A DNA stretch of 22,580 nucleotides, from assembly GCA_905331295.1 (NCBI GenBank), contig CAJNYD010000314.1:62001-84580 (forward strand). Reading direction: 5' to 3'. The DNA is from Rotaria socialis (Eukaryota). Each line of letters begins with the position of its first letter. Within the stretch, counting starts at the first letter, position 1. The notes under the pieces are model-generated. The model was not told the DNA's origin. It did no database searches and saw only the letters and a program-made list of their open reading frames with translations. The position numbers were made by a program, and so were the translations under genes. Shown piece after piece: positions 1-9,700 of the stretch.

Positions 1-474
1 CTTTTAATAGTTATTTCTGGTTTAAATTATGATCTTAATCTATCGTTTATTCGATCGCTACCTGTGCAAAATCTTGTACCAATATCTATACAAAAGAAAA
101 TTGTCTATGAAGCACATTGGTATTCGTGGTCTTATTATGGTCTTTTAAGTGATTGTAATCATATAAAAGATACTATTGAAAATGCATGGGGTTATATTTT
201 AGAATCTAATTATTCTTATACAGCTCCTGTTTGGCTAACAGAATTCGGTACGAATGTTGATCAATTTCAAGGTGACGATGAATTTATTGATTGTGTAAAA
301 GGATTTCTTCAAACGCCCTTAACTCAAACTATGTCTTGGTCCTATTGGGTATTAGCTGGTAGTTATTATATTCGATCTGGTACAGCTGAATCACACGAAT
401 CATTTGGTTTGTTAACTGATGATTGGAAAAATATTAAATCAAAAGCATTTATCGATATTCTTTTAACTTTGTAA
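1..474 (+). CDS. Glycoside hydrolase family 5 (cellulase family), C-terminal part; 5'-truncated by the window edge; most like subfamily GH5_11 (plant/fungal)
   Basis: Frame 1 is open from base 1 to TAA at 472-474: LLIVISGLNYDLNLSFIRSLPV...KIVYEAHWYSW...APVWLTEFGT...WSYWVLAGSYYIRSG...ESFGLLTDDW. HxY (strand 6), PVWLTEFG (catalytic nucleophile Glu, strand 7) and WSYW (strand 8) are GH5 hallmarks. SGLNYD, GSYYxRxG and E.(F/Y)GLL...W resemble GH5_11 as I recall it. No intron in the visible 474 nt. Confidence 0.88.
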   Translation, partial: LLIVISGLNYDLNLSFIRSLPVQNLVPISIQKKIVYEAHWYSWSYYGLLSDCNHIKDTIENAWGYILESNYSYTAPVWLTEFGTNVDQFQGDDEFIDCVKGFLQTPLTQTMSWSYWVLAGSYYIRSGTAESHESFGLLTDDWKNIKSKAFIDILLTL

Positions 475-575
475 ACAGAAAAAAAACTGGTAAAATATCA
501 ACGTTCACAAATATATCAGAGACGAGGAAGAAGAAAAAAGAACATTGAGACGATAGTTTGCTTATTTTTTTCTTT

Positions 576-2996
576 CTACTGCATTGTTGGCATTGACATT
601 TGAACATGGGCTGGCGTTGCGTCTTCTTGTCGCCATGACGAAGTTACTGTTTTTAATTGCGTGTAAAAGTTCATGCCCTGCAAAAACATTAAAATTGCAA
701 TACAATTAAAAATTTTGGTTGTTTTTTACATTTCGTCCGTAGAAATTTGTGTCACCACGGAATGAACCGCGAGAACCCGTAAATGAAAACATAGGAAGTG
801 GTACTGGAATAGGAACATTAATGCCAATCTAAATAAAATAGTTTTTGTTTTCGAATTTTTATGAATCAATAAAGCAAGTCAAGTCTATTTACTTGTCCAA
901 CATCAATTTCTTGAGTAAACTTTCTTGCCGTAGCTCCATTGGTAGTAAAAATAGCTGTACCATTTCCGTACGGGTTATCATTAATAACTTTGATAGCATC
1001 ATCCAATGTGTCGACACTCATTGAAACAAGCACGGGACCAAATATTTCTTCTTTATAGCAATTCATACTTGGCTAAGTAAAAGAATACGTAGATGAAGAT
1101 TTTTCTTATGACAAAAAAATTCGAGTAAACAAAACGAAAATTTACTTTAACTTCATGTAAAATTGTTGGTCCAACAAAATTACCATTTTCATAACCAGGT
1201 ACTTTAACATTTCGACCATCTAAGAGTAATTTTGCACCTTGATTAACACCAGATTCAACTAATTGAAGAATACGTTGTTTTGCTGATTTCGATATAACTG
1301 GTCCTAAATCAGATGTTGGTTCATAACCAGCAGTAACACGTAATTTTTTAGCTTTTTCAACTAAATCTGGAATCCATTCACGTGCTTTACCAACGAATAT
1401 TGCTGTTGACAATGCCATACATCGTTGACCAGCAGCACCAAAGGCTGCACCAACAAGCTAAATGAAAGTAAAATTAGAATGAAAAACAAAAACAATCAGT
1501 TCTTCGATAACATACTTGATTCAATGCTTGTTCTTTATTAGCATCAGGCATGATGACACCATGGTTTTTTGCTCCCTGCAAAATAAAGTTGAATAATAAT
1601 TAAAAACGAAAAGAAAAGACTAAAATTTATGTTCTTTTTTACCATATTACATTGTACACGTTTACCATTCTTTGAACCACGTTCATAAATGTACTTACCC
1701 TAAATCATAAGATTATGTTAGAATAGAATTTTTAACAAAAACAAATAATCTTACAGCTGTATCCGAGCCAACAAATGATATAGCTCTAATGTCTGGATGA
1801 TCACAAATGAAGGTAACAGCTTAAAAACAAAAAACCAAGTCAGATATTTATTTCAATAAATAAGTTTTTCTTACCATCATGTTGACCGTGAATACAATTA
1901 ACAACACCATCGGGAAAGCCAGCTTCTTTTGCCAATTCAACAAGCATCATACATGCACCAGGATCTTGTTCAGACTAATAATTAACATTAGAATTCAATT
2001 ATTTTGCATTTCAATCTCGCTTACTGGTTTCATAAGCATCGTATTTCCACATACAGCTGCTACCGGAAACATCTACATATGAAGGAAAAAAAATCATTAT
2101 TTTCCTATTTAATTCGTTTTTCTAACAATCAAAACTTACCCAAAGTGGAATCATAGCCGGAAAATTAAATGGTAAAATACTAACAATAGATAATTTTCAT
2201 AAACTTTTCGCCTAAATAAAATCCTATTGAACTAACCCAGCAGTAACACCTAATGGTACTCGATAACTATGAATATCCATATCTTTTGCAACGCTATGCA
2301 TAGTTTCACCAGTTTGTAAAAATGTTACTGAACAACATGATTCAACCACTTGTAAACCACGTAAACATGAACCTTCAGCATCAGTGACTGTTTTACCTTG
2401 TTCTAAGGCAATGTTTTCGGCGATTCTTCGCTAAAAATTCATTTCAATTACTCAATATTTTTTTATCATTATTGAAAACAAAACAACTAAACAAACCATA
2501 TTCTTTCTGATCAGATCTTGATAACGAAACATGACCTGTTGTCGTTGTAGTATAGTTGTTTTTGACCATGTACGAAATGCTTCTTTACAACTTTCAACAG
2601 CTTCATTCATTTCAGCTTGAGTACTTTTTGGTACTAAACTGATTACGTCATTTGTTGCCTGAAAAAAAAACATAAAGTGCAATCGATTGTATCTATAAAC
2701 ATTGGCTTACAGGATTTGTAAGTTCAATCCAATTATTGGTTTTTGATTCGACAGCTCTTCCATTGATCCAATTTTTAACAGTTGTCTATTAGAATCAAAT
2801 AGTAAAATTTTCTATTCATTACATTTTTCATTAACTTACAGGCTTTGATGAAGCACTAGCACATCGAATCAACTGTAATGCCTGTATTCAATAATATAGT
2901 TGAATAATATAGAATAGAAAACGTTAAACTTACAGTAATATTTTTTGTGCCTGCTGAATGAACTATTGCGTTACATCGAGAACTGAAATTGAGCAT
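576..2996 (-). CDS. ALDH6A1: Methylmalonate-semialdehyde dehydrogenase [acylating], mitochondrial; 15 exons, 532 aa
   Basis: Exons in transcript order: 2934-2996, 2840-2881, 2711-2785, 2497-2658, 2237-2430, 2140-2179, 2025-2072, 1875-1974, 1755-1819, 1643-1699, 1516-1575, 1146-1457, 893-1072, 730-828, 576-677. Total 1599 nt in one frame; all 14 introns GT-AG, 50-73 nt. Motifs: [54 protein letters not shown] (catalytic Cys), [32 protein letters not shown]. The N-terminus [30 protein letters not shown] has no acidic residues, like a mitochondrial presequence. Confidence 0.97.
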
Positions 2997-4165
2997 TCTG
3001 CGTTGAATATATTCGAAATAGTTCTAAAACTAACAATAAAGAACAAGCAATGTTTGTGTATCTATTATCTCAATAATTTGGCCTTGAAACAAGGAATAGT
3101 AAAAGGTATGAAAAAGATAAAAAAAAATGCCAATTTATATACACAATCGCGCATAAGAAAGAAAACAAGAAAAAAGTTCGATTGTCGACACACCTACTAT
3201 TCCAGGTTCAGATAAAATTCGACCAATAAATATCAATGAGAAGCCCCCAAATATGGCGCATTATTTTTGAAGCAAGAGGAAAAAGCTCATTGCTGGAAAA
3301 AGCACCAAGCAAAACATCACAAGACCAAAAACATCGTTGTAGAGGACAAAACACATCGATAATGTTAACTACTTTTCGGGTCGAGCATACCATTTATTTT
3401 TTTCAAATAGTTCTTTGCAGTTTTGTATAGAATGAAAAGTTACCTGAAATATCCGAAATTCTGCTTTGGGTCTACTTATTTAGAAAGATTAGATCAAATA
3501 TACTGTGAAAAATAGACTAAAAAAAGTTGCCACTTCCTATACTTGCTGATGCTTGCAACCTCAATAAAAGAATATCATTCAATACTTTAAATATCCAGTA
3601 TTATTCACCTATCTATGGGCTATCTTTTAGAGTATTCGTCTACGGTTTGAACAACCTTCTGAGGCATGAGACGGGGGTTGTTTGATCGAGAAATTTTTGC
3701 TATTTTTTATGTTGAAAATTTGTGAGGGTGATAAAAGTCGTCTCTGACTAACTTTTCGAAGGAAATGTATTCGAAGCTAAAATTTTCAAGTTAGTAGTTT
3801 TAAACCTTGATCTTTCGAATGAGCATAAAGAAGCCAAAAATAAATTTTTGTCGAATGCTTCGATTCCTCGGTGCTGTCATGGATGCTCTCTTAAGAAAAC
3901 ACTATACTACCCTTTGACAATATATCCCTTTCCTACCAATTAGTATCAGATGTTGATTTTATGATCATGCAACTATAGGACGCACTCGAACTGATCGTTG
4001 TCCAGCATAAACCGTTTCATACATTGTTCTTCTTTGATATCCATCAAAATATTTTAACGTAACAGATTATTGGTTTAGACGACAACAACAACAACGAGCT
4101 GTATAAATTTATCGAGATTTTAGGTTGAAATAGACTTCGAACTCGAAGATATATCGCACGATTAG

Positions 4166-4637
4166 TTTGTCATATATAAACATTTCGATGTTAAACGAGG
4201 ACTGATCTTCCGGTATCGTATTGTCAAATTCAAGAAAAAGCTCGACGACGAGTTTCTTTGTACAGACAATCTGCTTGTCTTCATTTTTCATCCGACTCTC
4301 ATCGACTATCCATGGGCGAATAGGGCCTTTCATGATCCTGATGAAACGCACACTACGAGTACACTAACATATGACAAAAACATCGCTCCACGGTGGTATA
4401 TCAACTGTGAGCTGATGATTCTTGTTCTGTATCAATCTTTATTCTGTTTTGTTTTGACAAGGAATTGTCAGACGTCTCTTTTGTTTCCGCTTCAAAATGA
4501 GTCAAACAGTCGGAACAACTGGCACTTGCTTGCTTTTATGTTCCATTATTCAAGCTGGCAAACGGAGAACAAGATATATGTATAAGAATTAAGATGGATA
4601 GAACTTACAAATAGAACTTGCACTACGTTGTAATTAG
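4166..4637 (+). pseudogene. Possible decayed coding relic with weak C2-domain-like motifs
   Basis: 139 stop-free codons at 4166-4582, missed by the ORF track because there is no early ATG. A 55-nt GT-AG intron-like segment lies at 4407-4461. Pieces in two frames read HDPDETHTTSTLTYDKNIAPRW and ELSDVSF...*...LALACFYVPLFKLANGEQDICIRIKDG*NLQIELAL, reminiscent of a PLC-type C2 domain with stops and a frameshift. Judged by eye only. Confidence 0.3.
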
Positions 4638-6696
4638 AGAACTTTATGAATAAAATTGTAGTTCGATGTCAGATTGAGTTTAACGTTTCTTTAATTCAAC
4701 TCTTTGAAAAAGGTTCCACAACACGCTGCACCGGATATATCGTGAATAATTCCGAGAATCGTATTGATCTGATTAAAACTGCGGCGATTTCCAACTGATT
4801 TTAGAGTCAAGTTTCACGTATAATCAACTAAAAGATATCATGAGAAAGTACGATTTTGCACTGAACTTTTGAAACACATACTCGCGCTCTATAATAGATT
4901 TCTATTGAGTTGATTTCAGACAATGTGTTTTGATTACAAAGAGTATTCAGCGGTTAATAGTAGAAATCTTCATACTGTGAAATTATATTCGAACAGGAAA
5001 ATATTCGAATTCATCTAAATTCAATAATCTGTAGTAATTTGCTACTTTTCTATTAATTTGCCAGATTTGTTGATCTAATTTAAAATCAACAATCTTGCGC
5101 CATCTATTAACTTTTCTAACAATTCAAAAATCAAAAATTATAAAGGTATATATTACTCACAGCAATCGAATATTGATTGGTGGAAAAGTACGTTTTTTGT
5201 GTATGTGATATTGGGATAATGTGAATGAAAGACTTCGTCTATTTTGAGTATCGTTCAACTTGAGTCTAGCTCCAGAGTATCTGGTGAAACTAAACTGTTT
5301 TGAACTAAACATTCAGATGTGATTTATTTCAATGTTATCACAAACGATAACTGATTCAAGGATAAATCAAAACATCGTCAAACAACCTTTCAGTAAAACT
5401 AGGTAAAATGAAGAATGAAGCCATGAAAAATTTTAAAAACTCTCTAACAAAACAACATTTTTCTTTTTCTCTGATTAGATTAATAGATTCCAATCGGTTT
5501 GAATTCGAATCGAACTTGCCTATTCTCTTTTAATGCTTCAAAATATTTATCCATGATAAAAGTTAATCAACATCATGCCTACTCGTATCTATTAGACATC
5601 ATCGTAAATAAAAAAACAAACAATATATTTCTTTCAAAAAAACCTTACGTCGTCGAATCACGTGAATTATGATGATGCTTAATTTCTATCGTTCTCGAGC
5701 AACAACCTTGTTTCAGCAGTATTTATTAATCAATGAAATGGTTTTTCTTTACAAGTTTTTGAATATCAGTACTTTTATATGAAATCACATACATTATCGT
5801 CGATTCTAATAGAATATATTTAATAATATTATGATTCGAACATGAAATAAAATATTTCGAGACCAATTAGAAAATGAACAAGTACTATTTATTAAAAACA
5901 AGATAACGTAAGACTCATAGATTTATAAATCCTTACGATCTTTTCTTATTCAAATATAAAAAATTCGTGTTACTAAAGAGATGCTAGATTTCGATATAGC
6001 AATAACTTTCGTCTCGGTGAGAATGAAATAAAATAGAATATCTCATATTTTCAATCCTAAAGTACTCGTAAAAATCACACATTCGAACTCTCTTATTGAG
6101 ATCAAAACTATCCAAGAAGTTAAGGCATGAGAAATCCTTCTATTCATTCTCTAAATTTCTAAATAATATGTTAAATATTTTTAGATGACGGTCAGAATAA
6201 TGATAAATTATCATCGATTCTATATCAAAAGAATTAATGTGACCAATCAACACAATGATCGTGAATTCCCAATCGTTGATGTTCAAATGAATCAAGTTCC
6301 ATGTTTTAGTTTAATTTGTTTTTTTTGTGTACATAGTAAATTATGATTTAGTTAAAGATTTCAGTACATCAGGAAGATTTTGTGAAAGAGAAAATGAATC
6401 TTGTTGATAAAAATATTTTAAAATGTATGTGCGCTTTGTTTTTATGTCAATATTTGTAGTATTTTTGTTTTAAACTACGAGTGAATGGTGGCATCGAAGA
6501 ACAAAGAAATAGGAGATTTCATGTTATATTTTGTTTTTATAGATGCACGAATACTTATTTAAGAAGATAGACATTTTAAGTTTTAATTAATATATTGGCG
6601 AAGACTATCGGATGTATTTTTCTTTGTTGATCTCGCGCTTTTAAATATTTCTCAAATTTTATTTTTCATGTTCTTATTTTGGTTTTTTTTCCATTG

Positions 6697-6747
6697 ATGA
6701 ATAAAACTCATTTTAGATTGTTGTCTAATCCATCTTTTGTAACCTAA
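6697..6747 (+). promoter_or_regulatory. 16-codon upstream ORF ending 1 nt before the LIG3 start codon
   Basis: ATG at 6697, MNKTHFRLLSNPSFVT, TAA at 6745-6747, one G, then the LIG3 ATG at 6749. Whether it lies in the mRNA is unknown. Confidence 0.35.
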
Positions 6748-6748
6748 G

Positions 6749-9700
6749 ATGACTGAAAATCGTTTTTCAGTTGATTACGCCAAACTTGGAACATCGGCTT
6801 GTAAAAAATGTAAAACAAAAATTGCCAAGGGTGAAATCCGTATTGCTAAAGTGACACCCAGTCCATTTTCGGAAGGCGATACAATGAAAATCTATCATCA
6901 TGTAGCTTGCATATTTGATACATTTCTTAATGCACGAGCAACAACAAAAATTATTGAAAGTTCAACTGATCTCGACGGATGGTTAAATATAATGCCAGTT
7001 GAAAGAGAAATTATTTTAGAACAAATTAAACGAGTTCAAGAAGCAAGAGCTAATAAAGTAACAACTAAATCACCAGTGAAAAAAGCAACAAAATCAACTC
7101 CTGTTGAACGTCCGAAACAAACAATAGTGACACCGACAAAGAAAATATCACCACCACTATCAACTCCAATTATAAAAATTGCTGACGATGGTGATGATGA
7201 ATCAACAATCGACAATGATGATATTAAAATTCTTGACAAGAAAACATCAAAAGAAGAAACAACAGATGGAATTCATATTCCATTAAATGATGATCCAAAA
7301 CATCCCGATAATTCGTTTCGACAATTTCGTGGTCTTTGTACAAAAATCGCTGAAACCAATGGGCATTTAGCTAAAACATCTCTTGTTCAAGATTTTATTA
7401 CGTATGGTATTGATGGTGAAAGTTATCAAGGTGAGGATAGAACAAAGCACCTTTTTTTTGAAATCATAGACAATCGAAAAAAGTCATTTGATCAAAATAG
7501 ATATCTTTAGATAATTAAGAATCTTTTATAAGTCAACTGACACTTAAAGCCGAGGAATTATGCATCATATTTTGAAATAATGTGTCATTACAAGTCAGGT
7601 TTCTCAGCTTCTTTAAAACATCACATTTCATTTATCTAAAAATAACTAAGAATTTGATCTTGAAACTGATGTATTCGTACTTTATCATCGAATTACGATC
7701 AGTCTTAATCAGATGACTTGCTTTTTTCAATGAACTAGACTACATAATGAAATGAAAATTCTGTTTTAGGTAATTTAAGTTTGTTATTTCATCTCCTTTT
7801 ACCAAGCAAAGGATATAAATCAATAATTTATAATCTAAAATCAAAACAATTATGTAAACTTTTCTCAATAATCTTTCATGAAAACGTAAATACAATGATT
7901 CAAAAATGTGAAGAATCTGGTGGTAAGAAAAATAGGTTAATGAAAAATCGAATGGTTAAATTGTTTTTGCTTAATTAGATGTCGCTGAAACAATAAGTGA
8001 TTTTTATTCATCATCAACTCATGTAAAACCGCCACCAAAGACTTTGCTATCCAATTATGATGTTGATAAATTTTTACATGAATTAGGCCAATTAACTCGC
8101 GAACAAGATCAAATACCATTGTTACGTAAAATAACTGAAAAATCAACTGTTAACGATTTGCGTATGTTTATTCGTCTTATTCAAAAGGATCTTGTAAATA
8201 TATGAGCAATTTCTTTTTAGTCATCTATAGATTTATATTATTCATATTTTCGTATTTAGAAAATTAATGCTGGTCCAAAACATATCATTGAAAGTCTTGG
8301 TGCAAATGCGTATGAAAGTTTTCAAGCAACCAATGATTTAAAATCATTTATTAAACGTTATCTAGAACATAAAAGTTCTGTTGACAATGGCTCACAAATA
8401 AATAAACAATTATCCATTAAAATTGAACTGATGACACCAGGTTAGATATTTTGTGACTATCAATCATTGGTTAATCATCAGAGACAGACGGAAAAAAAGG
8501 TTGGCCGTCAAAACGTCGAAGGGACAAATGTCGAAAAATATATTTTGTTGTGGAAAATGGTCGAAAAGAGTGTTTTCGAATTCTGACTTGAGAGAAGTGT
8601 GTTTCATTGTGTACGTTAATACTAACATATGATAATCGAAATATATTCATTTGCTATTAGCAATTGTTTTCCATTTTGTGAATTAATAAATGAAATAGTT
8701 GGTGACTTTGATTGAGTTTCATCTTCTGAAGATGCGACAGCTGTAGCCATAATGGTAGAATTTTAGTTATATATTTACTCATTTGTAGGAGTTGTTCACT
8801 TAATCTATTATCAAGTACTAATCATTACTGTTACAAGAGGTGCAAAACCTAGACTAGTAGAATTATGGGAAAGGAAAACATGAATTATTCGTGTTTAGAG
8901 TCATCATTTACTGTAGACATCGCTATTTCGAATTTTGACATCTTTTGTGGCAAAATATATTCCTCGACATTTTTCCCGTTCTACAACTTTTTTCGACATT
9001 ATTCCGCTTCGACATTTTTCTTTCGACCTTTCTACGGCACACCGAAAAAAAGCATAGATCTAAAATTTGACAAATTTTTTATTAATACTTATGTCATCAA
9101 TTAATTTCAATAGAGTATGTGAAAAGATAATTGGTTTATTTTTATTTTTAAAGTTCATCCAATGCTTGCCGAACCATGTAAATCTGTTGATTTTGCATTT
9201 AAACGTTGCCCCAATGGTTTTTATGCTGAGATCAAATACGATGGCGAACGCCTACAATTACATAAAGATCGAACAAATAAATTTAAATTCTTTTCTCGAA
9301 GTTTAAAATCTGTTACTGAACATAAAATCGATCAAATAAGTCAATATATTTCAAAAGCATTTCCAAAAGGTGAATCAATGATACTTGATGGCGAAATTTT
9401 ATTAGTTGATAGAAAGTAATTTTTATTCTTAGACTCGAACTTTTCATGAAATATCTTCCTTTTTAGAACAAAAAAGCCATTACCATTCGGAACACTTGGT
9501 GTGCATAAAAAGAAAGAATTTTCAGAGGCTAACGAAGCTTTCTTCATTTTTGATTGTCTTTATTATAATGGTGAAAGTCTTTTACGTAAGTGATGGCCAA
9601 TTTAGTATTTATATTTTTATAAACGGTTAAAAACAATCTTGAACATATATTTTAAGCACATAGAGAAAAGAGTTTCCGATGAGAAGTAATTGACGAGAAA

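Noticed and set aside
866..2682. Separate minus-strand ORFs (866-1066, 1053-1418, 2452-2682) and the plus-strand ORF 1879-2082
   Set aside because: The minus-strand ORFs are ALDH6A1 exons with intron read-through; the plus-strand ORF is an antisense shadow.
2958..3430. Short ORFs of 61-85 aa upstream of ALDH6A1
   Set aside because: No recognisable motifs or exon structure; they overlap the ALDH6A1 start and promoter region and are probably chance.
6749..7510. 253-aa ORF as a stand-alone PARP zinc-finger protein
   Set aside because: It is LIG3 exon 1 reading on into intron 1. The donor AG|GTGAGG at 7431 splices in frame to the rest of the ligase.
7544..7616. Possible tiny TTAA-flanked TIR element in LIG3 intron 1 (TTAAAGCCGAGGAA...TTTCTCAGCTTCTTTAA)
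   Set aside because: Only about 9 of 12 bases match and the register is offset; too weak in AT-rich DNA.
8510..9030. Spaced GTCGAA repeats as a CRISPR-like array
   Set aside because: The repeats are 6-9 bp, irregularly spaced and inverted between the two ends, in a eukaryotic intron with no cas genes. They are MITE subterminal repeats.
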